DNA of 64,000 bases, taken from IMG/VR virus record IMGVR_UViG_3300042516_003420; one strand, written 5' to 3'. Of the stretch, positions 1 through 8,450 are shown one piece after another. Every line of letters starts with the position of its first letter. Positions within the stretch are counted from its first letter, which is position 1. The DNA is from an uncultured virus (IMG/VR IMGVR_UViG_3300042516_003420). Taxonomy: Duplodnaviria > Heunggongvirae > Uroviricota > Caudoviricetes. The notes beneath the pieces are model-generated. The model had not been told where the DNA came from. It was given only the letters and a program-made list of their open reading frames with translations, and ran no database searches. A program made the position numbers and the translations under genes.

Positions 1-240
1 TTTGCGGAATTTCCTGACGAGCATAAGTCCCACAACATTGTGGCTTTGGACAACGGTCAAATTGGCGCTTATCCCAACAATCGTTGTCGAATGGTTGATC
101 CATCGCTCACCAACCACGACCTAAAGACGCCTGACTTTAAGGTATCGACACGATACTTTGATGTTGAGCACGCCCCCAAATGGGGACGCCTGGGTGAATG
201 CGACGATTATTTCTGGAAAACACCCAACGAATCTGTATAA
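1..240 (+). CDS. Hypothetical phage protein, 3' part (runs off window start)
   Basis: Frame is open from base 1 (FAEFPDEHKSHNIVALDNGQIGAYPNNR...) to TAA at 240. Confidence 0.7.
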   Translation, partial: FAEFPDEHKSHNIVALDNGQIGAYPNNRCRMVDPSLTNHDLKTPDFKVSTRYFDVEHAPKWGRLGECDDYFWKTPNESV

Positions 241-365
241 TAAATAGGTACCCCCTCTCTTTCCGATGGGGCTGTAAAGGGTACGACAAGGAACGTCGTA
301 TTAAATGAAGAGTCCCCTCGGCTGCATCGTAGATGATCGTAGGCAGACACTCTCGCCCTCCCTTT

Positions 366-439
366 CGGGGATTAGCGCAGTTTGGTAGCGCATCTGCTTT
401 GGGAGCAGAGGGCCGCAGGTTCAAATCCTGCATCTCCGA
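366..439 (+). tRNA. tRNA-Pro(UGG)
   Basis: Acceptor CGGGGAT/ATCTCCG, D arm GCGCAGTTTGGTAGCGC, anticodon arm TCTGC-TTTGGGA-GCAGA, T loop GGTTCAAATCC; CCA not encoded. Confidence 0.97.
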
Positions 440-443
440 TATT

Positions 444-515
444 GCTGGATTAGCTCAGTGGTAGAGCGATGGTTTTGTAAACCATTGGCCAACGGTTCAA
501 ATCCGTTATCCAGCT
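444..515 (+). tRNA. tRNA-Thr(UGU)
   Basis: Acceptor GCTGGAT/ATCCAGC, anticodon arm ATGGT-TTTGTAA-ACCAT, T loop GGTTCAAATCC. Confidence 0.97.
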
Positions 516-568
516 TATTGCTAATTCCAATAAAAACGTTATATTAAGTAGACGAATAAAAATTATGA

Positions 569-823
569 ATGCCCTGGAGCCAATCCAAGGAACGCATTAA
601 TAAGAATCGACAGAAACTTCTGGAGTACAAGAAGACTCTGGAGTGCAAGAAGTGTGGGCTGAATGATCACCGCGTCCTAGAGTTTCACCACCTTGGCGAC
701 AAGGATAATAACATCTCCAGCATGGTGAACCATGGCTATGCCTGGAGCAGGGTAGAGCAAGAGATCGGTAAATGTATACCGTTATGCTGCAACTGCCACA
801 GGCTTACACACTACGAAGAGTAG
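569..823 (+). CDS. Small HNH-type endonuclease
   Basis: CxxC (CKKC), LEFHH and CxNCH zinc/HNH signature. Confidence 0.8.
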   Translation: MPWSQSKERINKNRQKLLEYKKTLECKKCGLNDHRVLEFHHLGDKDNNISSMVNHGYAWSRVEQEIGKCIPLCCNCHRLTHYEE

Positions 824-825
824 CT

Positions 826-1080
826 TTAACGAATTAAACCAAGCTTTCTGGCTTCATCTAAAGTACCTGGTGCCGTTGGCCCTGCATTTAAAGTCATTAC
901 TGCAGCGGCAGGAATTGTTGCATATGGCAAACCAAATACATATCCAGCTGCTTTATTTAGAGGATCTTTAGTTACCGCTGCTGCACCATAACCAACTCCT
1001 GCACGAGCGCCTTGATCAAATACACTCTTGACCATTGGGTTGGCCATGAATTTTCCAGCCAATTGAAAGAAGGGATTCAT
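826..1080 (-). CDS. Hypothetical protein
   Basis: 84 aa ORF coupled to the stop of the Dps gene. Confidence 0.6.
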   Translation of the reverse strand: MNPFFQLAGKFMANPMVKSVFDQGARAGVGYGAAAVTKDPLNKAAGYVFGLPYATIPAAAVMTLNAGPTAPGTLDEARKLGLIR

Positions 1081-1643
1081 TAACTATTTCTCAGCGTTGC
1101 TTTAATAAACCAAGCAGCCTTGAAGGCCTGACCACAGAGGTCAGCCATGTAGTTCTGGATATCAATTGCACCCACCTTGGCAGCAACAGGCTCAAGCTTC
1201 TTGGTCTTCATGCCCAGCTCTTCAAGGTTCTTGTAGTACACGGCAAGCATTTCGTTGCCCTTGTAGCTGGTAACATGCTGGATACCAGGACCGGCATCAG
1301 CCAAACCCCTGGCGCACATGGGCATCAAGTAGTCCATGCTGCGGATAAACTCACTCAATGTATCGAACTGTTCCAGATGAGCTTCGTATTGGTCTTTAAG
1401 GAATGCATGCACCCCGAGGAAGTTAGACCCCTCGTAGTTCAGGTGAATGAGATGGGATTGTGTCTGAAGTTCCTTGAGGTAGGAAGCGAGGGAGATGCAC
1501 TGCTGGATGAAGGCCCCAACATCACCATTCTTTGATTTACCAGGAGCCTTGGGCTTGGCCTGCGGCTCTGGAGTCACCCCAGAATTGAGTGGTGCCACCC
1601 CCATCTGGGGTGGTTGTTGCGTTTGAGGCGGAGGGGTATACAT
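1080..1643 (-). CDS. dps: Dps/ferritin-like DNA protection protein
   Basis: SHLIHLNYEG..F..VH..LKDQY...FDTLSEFIR matches the Dps ferroxidase pattern (H, H, D, D, E); Pro/Lys-rich N-terminal tail. Confidence 0.8.
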   Translation of the reverse strand: MYTPPPQTQQPPQMGVAPLNSGVTPEPQAKPKAPGKSKNGDVGAFIQQCISLASYLKELQTQSHLIHLNYEGSNFLGVHAFLKDQYEAHLEQFDTLSEFIRSMDYLMPMCARGLADAGPGIQHVTSYKGNEMLAVYYKNLEELGMKTKKLEPVAAKVGAIDIQNYMADLCGQAFKAAWFIKATLRNS

Positions 1644-1737
1644 AGTTAAGCTCTTATTACATTAGTCTATCAACACACATTTTATTTTTTTACAACAGTG
1701 TAATGCGCTAAAATTAAAACAAAGAAAAATAAAAGTT

Positions 1738-2082
1738 ATGACCACACGACCGCCAGACATATTTTTTAATACGTATCCTGTATTAACAGCACCTGGCTCT
1801 GGTGTTTCTACATCTGTTTACTTGCCACCAACTATTGTTTCAAAGAATTTTTCTCTTTTTGCTACAGTAGCAAGCATCAATACAAATGTAATTGTCGCAC
1901 TCAATGGTTCAATTGATGGCACAAACTGGTCAAAAATTATTACCAATCAAACTATTACAGCAGATGGTACGTCCCACTACAACATAGCCAATCACCCTGT
2001 TAGATATGTTCAACCTGTTTTTGTTTCAGAATCAGGGGGAACAGCGGCAACAGTATTGTTTTCAATAGCGGCCAGTATTTAA
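1738..2082 (+). CDS. Hypothetical beta-rich protein, possibly virion-associated
   Basis: 114 aa Thr/Ser/Val-rich ORF with upstream TAAAAT and a downstream hairpin. Confidence 0.65.
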   Translation: MTTRPPDIFFNTYPVLTAPGSGVSTSVYLPPTIVSKNFSLFATVASINTNVIVALNGSIDGTNWSKIITNQTITADGTSHYNIANHPVRYVQPVFVSESGGTAATVLFSIAASI

Positions 2083-2150
2083 ATATACAGTTAACGACGG
2101 TTTAAGTGCGGAACAGCTGCCGTTGTTTTGTTTGCAATTTCAGCTACGGT

Positions 2151-2501
2151 TTAGTTTTTTTGGCCATTAATCAACTCTAAAAATTTCTTTGCATTCTCAT
2201 ATTCTTTTTTTGTGAACTCATGGTTGTTTGTTGCAGCTACAACCAATGCATTAAACAACTGATCACCGGATAGATCGCAAGAAAATTCTGCAAGCGTATC
2301 TGCAAAATATTCAACAGCTTTCTCAAATGAAAGTAATTCAGTTTCCTTTAACAATTGGGTCACAGCGTTGGTTGTGTCGTGCAGGTGTTCGCGATTGCCT
2401 TTAGTTTTCAAAGGTTCGTCCAAAGCTGCAACCATTCTGTTTTCTCGATACCATTTATGCCAGCATTCCAAAGCTTCCATTGGCTCTCTGGGTGTGTCCA
2501 T
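2151..2501 (-). CDS. Hypothetical protein
   Basis: ORF; start taken at MDTPREP, downstream of the hairpin. Confidence 0.65.
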   Translation of the reverse strand: MDTPREPMEALECWHKWYRENRMVAALDEPLKTKGNREHLHDTTNAVTQLLKETELLSFEKAVEYFADTLAEFSCDLSGDQLFNALVVAATNNHEFTKKEYENAKKFLELINGQKN

Positions 2502-2505
2502 AAGT

Positions 2506-2534
2506 AAAAAGCGACCCACTTAGTGTGGGCCGCT
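2506..2534 (-). terminator. Rho-independent terminator-like hairpin
   Basis: Minus strand AGCGGCCCAC-ACTAA-GTGGGTCGCT followed by TTTT. Confidence 0.65.
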
Positions 2535-2551
2535 AAAGAAGTAGTGTCTGT

Positions 2552-2884
2552 TTACTGTAAACCTTCTGTAGCAAAAGGTGTGATCATTGGCTCTAGCTCT
2601 CCAGCTTCAAAGCGTCGGATAGCTTCCTGCATATCAAACCAACGGTCCCGCATGGCGTAACCAGCTTCCCTAATGCAGAAGTCTTGCCAGAGCCCTGTAT
2701 ACAAAGAACGTTCCGGATGACCATCTTGATTACGTCCAGAGCATTGATACAGGTGTTCCATAAAGTCAGCCCTGCGTTGTTGTTCTTTTACGCTCCAGTT
2801 CCGCAGTTGCTCCTTAAGCCATGGTGTATCAAAAGCACCAGCCGTGTTGAGCCTTGTTGCCAGATCGTCAGTCATTGGATTCAA
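2552..2884 (-). CDS. Hypothetical protein
   Basis: 110 aa ORF in a tightly packed minus-strand operon. Confidence 0.7.
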   Translation of the reverse strand: MNPMTDDLATRLNTAGAFDTPWLKEQLRNWSVKEQQRRADFMEHLYQCSGRNQDGHPERSLYTGLWQDFCIREAGYAMRDRWFDMQEAIRRFEAGELEPMITPFATEGLQ

Positions 2885-3062
2885 TGTGGGTGCAGCTGGT
2901 AAAAACGCCCTTCACCTGAGGGAGTTCAAATAGTAGATCATCCAGATCATCTTGGAGGGCTTCTGCAATTTCATCTGCAGTTTTGCCGCCAAAAGAGTTG
3001 TACTCCACCTCAAGATCTACCGCAAAAGATACGGTGAGCTTTGGTACGTAAACCGGTTCCAT
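2868..3062 (-). CDS. Hypothetical acidic protein
   Basis: 64 aa ORF with AAGGA before ATG. Confidence 0.65.
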   Translation of the reverse strand: MEPVYVPKLTVSFAVDLEVEYNSFGGKTADEIAEALQDDLDDLLFELPQVKGVFTSCTHIESND

Positions 3063-3097
3063 TCCTTGATGTAAGGGTCCAATTACTTTAACAGTAA

Positions 3098-3358
3098 TCA
3101 GTTGCCCAGTAAACGTTCTAAGGAATTTGTTTGATGTGCTTGGTAGTAACCAAGACGTTCTTGAATAACGTTGTAATAATTAATGGCCGCATCTACCATT
3201 TCTTCTGCATCCATAGAAGATGCCAGGTGTTCGTTGGCGAGCATGGCAGCTGTCAACATGGTGACACCCCATTCCTGTTTGCTGCCAACAATGGCAGACA
3301 GAGGGGTCCCATCATGCGTAAACCCAGCCAGCAGTTTGGATACGTTTCCGTCAATCAT
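3098..3358 (-). CDS. Hypothetical protein
   Basis: 86 aa ORF in operon. Confidence 0.7.
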   Translation of the reverse strand: MIDGNVSKLLAGFTHDGTPLSAIVGSKQEWGVTMLTAAMLANEHLASSMDAEEMVDAAINYYNVIQERLGYYQAHQTNSLERLLGN

Positions 3359-3393
3359 GGAACCCCTAAGCCTTTTACTTATTGTATGTCCTT

Positions 3394-3816
3394 TTATTTA
3401 TCGGCCTTTACCATGTAATACCAGTAGGCACGAGCTGCATTCTGATGATACCGCTTGCTTTGCAGAAGCTTAAGTTTGCGATGCTCAAGATCTTCTGCAG
3501 TGCTTGACTGGTATGGAGGCAGCTCATCCCCGTCGTACAACATGGATGTTTCCAGCTCATTGATCTGCAACTGAAGATTGCAATCATCAACGGCATGGTT
3601 GTGGCAGCTCATCTTGATATGAGCGTCATCCAGGCTATGGGGCGGCTCCAGTTTCTCATAGAACTTCTCCCAAATGTTCGGATGCTTCCAGGGCAACCAA
3701 GCCTTGATCCACTCCGGGCTCACCAACAATTCGTTTGGTACGGATGCTGTAGTCTTGAGTGACTTTGACTCCATGGGGAAGGTGTTGACCTGTCGTGTAC
3801 GCATTGCGGATGGCAT
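3394..3816 (-). CDS. Hypothetical protein (start uncertain; overlaps Gp157 gene)
   Basis: ORF fills the gap between neighbours. Confidence 0.6.
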   Translation of the reverse strand: MPSAMRTRQVNTFPMESKSLKTTASVPNELLVSPEWIKAWLPWKHPNIWEKFYEKLEPPHSLDDAHIKMSCHNHAVDDCNLQLQINELETSMLYDGDELPPYQSSTAEDLEHRKLKLLQSKRYHQNAARAYWYYMVKADK

Positions 3817-4363
3817 CTAAATTCGGAATAATTTCAGTTTTGGTTTTGGGTTCAATCTTTTGATCAAGGATGGAACCATCCATAGAACGTACCACAGTTT
3901 CTTTGGTTGTGGTGACCTGTTGCTCAATACAGAAGAGAAGGCGTTCATCCTCACTCCAATCCTGGATCTCAGAAGAGATCTCTACAGTCAGATCTTTTTT
4001 CTTTACTAGGACAAACTGATAGTTGCGCCCTGTAATTTTGTTTTCATCTTTAGGCAGTGCCCGTCTCAACCAACTAAGAAGACCCTTGAGCCCACGAAGC
4101 TGTGACTCATGATGTCGTTTGGCCTGGGCCAGGAGATCTGTTTCTTGTTTGATGCGCTCTATTGCATCCTCATGGGACGCCATAGCGTAATGAATGCGAT
4201 CAATTTTTTCAGATCGTAGGTGTGCGCAGGCTTCCAGTTCAGCTTCCGCCAGTTGCCGGGACTCAGGAGTAAGGAGAGGAAGAGAGCGTTCCAGGGCACC
4301 ATAGTGATCGTACAGTTGAAGAACATTAAGTTCATTCAGTTTAGTCTGTGTGATTTGGGCCAT
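3656..4363 (-). CDS. Siphovirus Gp157-family protein
   Basis: Coiled-coil pattern EKID...IERIKQE...LKGLL and C-terminal PNLDAIRNAY..G..LP.GV; start MAQITQ. Confidence 0.7.
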   Translation of the reverse strand: MAQITQTKLNELNVLQLYDHYGALERSLPLLTPESRQLAEAELEACAHLRSEKIDRIHYAMASHEDAIERIKQETDLLAQAKRHHESQLRGLKGLLSWLRRALPKDENKITGRNYQFVLVKKKDLTVEISSEIQDWSEDERLLFCIEQQVTTTKETVVRSMDGSILDQKIEPKTKTEIIPNLDAIRNAYTTGQHLPHGVKVTQDYSIRTKRIVGEPGVDQGLVALEASEHLGEVL

Positions 4364-4365
4364 GA

Positions 4366-4485
4366 TCAAAGGGTGTTGAAATGGGATTGAATTTTGTTGA
4401 GGGTGTAGGTCAGCAGCATGGCTGCTGCTGCCCAAAGAAAATCTTTGAGGAGCGGTGCAACAAATCCAACAACGGTTTCAAACAT
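4366..4485 (-). CDS. Small hydrophobic protein (39 aa, not in ORF track)
   Basis: MFETVVGFVAPLLKDFLWAAAAMLLTYTLNKIQSHFNTL; fills gap and follows a pseudoknot copy. Confidence 0.6.
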   Translation of the reverse strand: MFETVVGFVAPLLKDFLWAAAAMLLTYTLNKIQSHFNTL

Positions 4486-4507
4486 GAGTTAAGTGAATTG
4501 AAATAGG

Positions 4508-4535
4508 TGGTCAGTTTAAAGTCATAACCAGGACT
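4508..4535 (-). promoter_or_regulatory. H-type pseudoknot motif, copy 1
   Basis: AGTC-C-TGGTTA-T-GACT-TTAAAC-TGACCA. Confidence 0.8.
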
Positions 4536-4539
4536 TAAA

Positions 4540-4749
4540 TCAAGGTGCTTCTGCAAGTACGTTGTCACATGCAGTGCGAAGGGCATCAAGAACAAATGCT
4601 TTTTGCCCTTCTTCTCCCCAGGAGTTCCACAGTTCTAGATCAGGATCTGTCTCATCCCAATCAATAACAATGTCACAAGTACCATCAGGATTATCTTCTT
4701 TAACCTGAATGGTTAGCTTTTCTATCCAGCTCTTGTTCAACATGGCCAA
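4540..4749 (-). CDS. Hypothetical protein
   Basis: 69 aa ORF in operon. Confidence 0.65.
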   Translation of the reverse strand: MAMLNKSWIEKLTIQVKEDNPDGTCDIVIDWDETDPDLELWNSWGEEGQKAFVLDALRTACDNVLAEAP

Positions 4750-4918
4750 TTAACACGTTAAGTGCGTAGTCTTCATGATGCATCTTAAGGTCTGCAGCAA
4801 GCTTAACCAGTTCCCAGTGAGTATCTTCTGGGATAACAAGTTCGTATTCGAGGTAAGTCATTTTGGTTTTGGGTTGGGTTGCAAGTTGACGTGCGTACTC
4901 AAGGATGTCGTCAGTCAT
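4700..4918 (-). CDS. Hypothetical protein
   Basis: Start MTDDILEY overlaps the previous stop. Confidence 0.6.
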   Translation of the reverse strand: MTDDILEYARQLATQPKTKMTYLEYELVIPEDTHWELVKLAADLKMHHEDYALNVLIGHVEQELDRKANHSG

Positions 4919-5177
4919 CGGGCAAGGACTCCAGCTCGGCGGCGATGGCGAGAAGTTGCTGCCTGTGCCGACTGACCGCATCAAGCCGCCCTTCGTGGTA
5001 CAAAGTGCGCTCGTCTGCCGTGCGGGGCCTGCCAAGCTCTGGCACCACCTGATCCGCAGCAGCGCGGAGGGCGGCGGCGAGGCGTGCATGAAGTGTCGGC
5101 GTAGCGCGTCCGTATCCACCACCAGCTTCGACTGACGCATTGACAATTATTTGTGCGGCGGGGGAGAGGTTAGTCAT
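4911..5177 (-). CDS. Hypothetical cyanophage protein (GC-rich)
   Basis: 88 aa, MTNLSPAAQ..., overlapping start/stop with neighbours. Confidence 0.7.
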   Translation of the reverse strand: MTNLSPAAQIIVNASVEAGGGYGRATPTLHARLAAALRAAADQVVPELGRPRTADERTLYHEGRLDAVSRHRQQLLAIAAELESLPDD

Positions 5178-5541
5178 TGGGCAGGGCCTCCAGTGCGCGG
5201 CGGATCAGTGCGTGCTCATTAGCAGTAAGAAGTGTGATGGGGTTTGGGTAGTCCGGCCCTAGTGCGTGCCTCAACGCTTCCAGCGCCTGCTCCTTCAAAC
5301 TCGGCGGCTTGGGGCGTCTGGCGGCGCGGAGTTTTTCACTCCAGAAACCATCATTGAGTTCATCCAATGCCCCACAGCACGCCTCCAGCTCCTGGTCGGC
5401 GCCCCATTGGGCGGCTTGGGTGGCGATGTGCTGTTCGTACGCCCAGTGTTCATCGTTGTGTGGCACGCCTGAAAGGTTGGCGTCGTGCCCCCACTGCTGC
5501 ACCAGCTCCGGCGGTGGGGTGATGGGGTGTTGATTAGTCAT
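5170..5541 (-). CDS. Hypothetical cyanophage protein (HPITPPPEL / AAQWGADQELEACC type)
   Basis: 123 aa; paralogous to 18541-18876. Confidence 0.75.
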   Translation of the reverse strand: MTNQHPITPPPELVQQWGHDANLSGVPHNDEHWAYEQHIATQAAQWGADQELEACCGALDELNDGFWSEKLRAARRPKPPSLKEQALEALRHALGPDYPNPITLLTANEHALIRRALEALPND

Positions 5542-6482
5542 TTCTTTAGAGCGGACTTGAGTTGTGGTAGTGAGGTGCCAGGGAATGGGACATATCCGGC
5601 CTCCATCATATTGAAGAAAAGATCCCAGGCATCACGTTGATTAAAAATCTCCCTGGGTTTGTAAGCACGCCAATGGGTCAGTGGTGCTTGAGCACCAGAC
5701 TTGGTGTGCAATAAAACAAATCTCCCATCGCTGGTGGCATCAGCGGGAGGTGCATACCACCAGGCAACGCACTTATCTGGTGTGCCACTGGGTAATGCAT
5801 TACGCACTTCCGTTCGTTTGCACAGCAACTCACGGTACTTGTGGAACCAAGTCAGGTGGATACACCAGGGTCGGAAGCCTTGGATCTCCTGCTGGAACTC
5901 TGAAACATTAAGAAGCTGACGCTGAAAGGACCCACATGAGCAATAAGGTTCAGGTGTGACTGGCGATACGCCGTTGGCTTCTTCCTCCAAGTCAGACTCC
6001 AGGTCAATGGGCCTGTTTGGAAGCCGAATCCCATCCGGTGCCACCAGATGCCCAAGATCCGTTTGATCTGACTGGAGTAAGGCGGTGAGCTTTGCGGGGT
6101 CTGATAGGTGTATAAATTTGTCTGCCCAGTGCGCCTGCAATTGGGCGTTTGCGGTGATGTGTCCAAGGGCATGACTGTAGTTCCAACCTTTGAACATAAT
6201 GTAGGCACTATTGTGCCAAATGCTTGGACCTCTGTAGTTAGGACCAAGGTATGCAAAGAAATCCTTCAGCCTATGGGAGTAATCCATGAAGGCATGTTGG
6301 ATCACCGGCCGGTTGTAAGTTTGCTCACTACCATCACGGCGCACCACAAGACAATGATTGTCTCGCAGATAAATCCCGGAGATGTCAGTGTCATCAAAAT
6401 CCTGGAAGGCACGACGGAGATTCGTCCGCGTGTAGATGCACGCCTGCGCCTGGTTGAGTTCCTGGTGAGTCTGGGTTGACAT
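5538..6482 (-). CDS. SWIM zinc-finger-containing protein
   Basis: YCSCGSF...WCIH (CxC-xn-CxH). Confidence 0.65.
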   Translation of the reverse strand: MSTQTHQELNQAQACIYTRTNLRRAFQDFDDTDISGIYLRDNHCLVVRRDGSEQTYNRPVIQHAFMDYSHRLKDFFAYLGPNYRGPSIWHNSAYIMFKGWNYSHALGHITANAQLQAHWADKFIHLSDPAKLTALLQSDQTDLGHLVAPDGIRLPNRPIDLESDLEEEANGVSPVTPEPYCSCGSFQRQLLNVSEFQQEIQGFRPWCIHLTWFHKYRELLCKRTEVRNALPSGTPDKCVAWWYAPPADATSDGRFVLLHTKSGAQAPLTHWRAYKPREIFNQRDAWDLFFNMMEAGYVPFPGTSLPQLKSALKK

Positions 6483-6521
6483 GGTTGAGATGAAGTTGAG
6501 ATTGAATGAGAAGACCGGCCT

Positions 6522-6713
6522 TTAGCCCTGGACCTTCTTGCCCTCGATTTTAGAGGAGGATTTGGCGTTGCCATAAGCGCTCTTAGCAATTTGATAAGTG
6601 GCATAGGCGAGTGCACCCCAGGCAACAGGGTTACCAACAACCGCAAGAATGCCAGCACCAATGGCACCAAACGTTCCTGCCGTAACAATTGCTGCTTTTT
6701 CTTTAGGATTCAT
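6522..6713 (-). CDS. Small membrane protein
   Basis: Gly/Ala-rich hydrophobic segment; start MNPKEK. Confidence 0.6.
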   Translation of the reverse strand: MNPKEKAAIVTAGTFGAIGAGILAVVGNPVAWGALAYATYQIAKSAYGNAKSSSKIEGKKVQG

Positions 6714-6755
6714 TTGTTTGAATGGAATTAAAATAAGGTGTTCGGTGGTGTACAA

Positions 6756-7013
6756 ATGGAAATCAAGTACGTCCCGCTTACTAAATTCCAGATCGAACCT
6801 TCAATGGAGGATAAGTTCTGGGAAGAAAAGATTAAGCGTTCGATAGATGATTGTAACTCGGTAAGTACCTTGAAAGAAATGGCGACCCTCTTAGCGAGGA
6901 TCGCCACTCAACGTCAAGGTGTAATTCGTGGGTTAGTACAGGACATGTTCATCTTCAACAATGTTGCAGTTGAACAAGAAGACCTGACCAACCCAGAGAT
7001 TCCATCAGAGTGA
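6756..7013 (+). CDS. Small helical protein, distant NblA-like candidate
   Basis: PSMEDKFWEEKIKRSI...LKEMATLLARIATQRQGVIRGLV; lone plus-strand gene with upstream TAAAAT. Confidence 0.45.
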   Translation: MEIKYVPLTKFQIEPSMEDKFWEEKIKRSIDDCNSVSTLKEMATLLARIATQRQGVIRGLVQDMFIFNNVAVEQEDLTNPEIPSE

Positions 7014-8105
7014 ATCGTCTTCCCCGGTCAGTTCATCACGACCAGGAAGAGCTTTCACTTCAACGGCATCTACAGTACGAGAAACAGGAAGAATCTCTAC
7101 ACCCTCTTTGATTCCATAGGCACCACCAAGGCGCTGTGCATCCTGGCGGGAGTGTTGGTTGATGTAATCATCAAACATCTCCTGCATCTTCCAGGTTGAT
7201 TCACGATCTTCATCGGGAATGCTGAGGCGATTCAGGGATTTAATCGCTTCATCCTGGTTGCTGTAATCAGGGATGTCAAAAGATTCAATTGCGCAGATCT
7301 CAACGTTGTTGGCTCCACGCATTTCGTTGGCAAGTACCGGAGCAAATACGGTAGTGGCGTAGAACTTTTCATTGAAGCTCAGAGGTACTTCAGCATCCAG
7401 TGCTTTGCTCAGGCACTTAGACATTTCTTTCTCATAGATTTTAATCTTGTCAGAAATGTCGGTACCATTCAATCCCTTAATGGTCAAGACCATCGGGATC
7501 TTGTGAGCACGCTTGTTGTCCTGGGTCAGGATATAAACAAGGTATTTGGTACGCACGCTATAGCGACGCTTGTACATTTCGCCCTTGCTGTTGGCAAGGT
7601 CGGATGCAACCTTGTCATCATCGAACAGTGCCTTGACCTCAGGATTCTCAAAGGTACCAATGGTCTGACGCATGCCGTTGGTTTCCTCAACCATCAGAGG
7701 AGAACGCAGCAGGATCTGAATGCGAGGCTCAACAAAGTTTAGGCCCTCTTCAATGGAGGTGTTGGGAGCCATGCCAAAAGTCTGTTTGTAGTTCCAAAGA
7801 ACAGAACCATTGGCGAAATCAGATTCTTCTGCAGTCCAACCACAGGTGTCCAGGTCAGACTTACGCACAAACCAACCACGAACCTTGGACTTGTTCAGCG
7901 GTTGGATGGTCACCAAATTCTGGTAACCAGAGACAAACTCTTTGGACTGGAACATCTTGAAAGATTCCAGGCCGCGAGTAGCAAGAGCAGCAGTTTTCTT
8001 CACGGTCATTTTGTTAGAAGTTTTCAGAGAAGGAGAAGAGGTGGTTTCAGATTCAAGTGAATCCATCCAGGAGTCACTCATCATGTCAGTTGGAGACATG
8101 GTCAT
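7005..8105 (-). CDS. DUF5895-like conserved cyanobacterial/cyanophage protein
   Basis: 366 aa; GLNF..PRI.IL.RSPL and H.IPMVLTIKG motifs recalled for this family; sits in the replication module. Confidence 0.55.
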   Translation of the reverse strand: MTMSPTDMMSDSWMDSLESETTSSPSLKTSNKMTVKKTAALATRGLESFKMFQSKEFVSGYQNLVTIQPLNKSKVRGWFVRKSDLDTCGWTAEESDFANGSVLWNYKQTFGMAPNTSIEEGLNFVEPRIQILLRSPLMVEETNGMRQTIGTFENPEVKALFDDDKVASDLANSKGEMYKRRYSVRTKYLVYILTQDNKRAHKIPMVLTIKGLNGTDISDKIKIYEKEMSKCLSKALDAEVPLSFNEKFYATTVFAPVLANEMRGANNVEICAIESFDIPDYSNQDEAIKSLNRLSIPDEDRESTWKMQEMFDDYINQHSRQDAQRLGGAYGIKEGVEILPVSRTVDAVEVKALPGRDELTGEDDSL

Positions 8106-8127
8106 GGTCTGTTCTGAGTTTGGGTGA

Positions 8128-8154
8128 TGGTGCTTTTAACGTCATTCCAGGACG
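8128..8154 (-). promoter_or_regulatory. H-type pseudoknot motif, copy 2 (weaker stem 2)
   Basis: CGTC-C-TGGAA-T-GACG-TTAAAAG-CACCA. Confidence 0.65.
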
Positions 8155-8159
8155 GACCA

Positions 8160-8450
8160 TCACTTTAAATCGTCTTGCTGTAGGGGTACCGGTTTGGTTT
8201 GTATTTCTTCATCTTTATATTCAAAGTATTCATCCGTAATGCTACGCATAAAGTTGTAAATACAGTCCTCGCTGTAATCACATCCTTTAAGAAATAAAAT
8301 AAATTGACGAATTACTTCATCAACTAACTCATGTTGGCACATAGATATATGTTTATCTGTGCCATCAAAATGCATAAATGTGTAGCAATTATATGGAAAC
8401 TCTGTACCAAAAGGTAAAACAAGTTCCTGTTCTTCTTTAAACAAAGCCAT
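8160..8450 (-). CDS. Hypothetical protein (AT-rich)
   Basis: 96 aa ORF coupled to the SSB stop. Confidence 0.65.
   Translation of the reverse strand: MALFKEEQELVLPFGTEFPYNCYTFMHFDGTDKHISMCQHELVDEVIRQFILFLKGCDYSEDCIYNFMRSITDEYFEYKDEEIQTKPVPLQQDDLK

Noticed and set aside
268..365. tmRNA gene
   Set aside because: Only the 5' GGGGCTG...CGAC resemblance is present; no T arm, matching acceptor 3' strand or tag frame was found.
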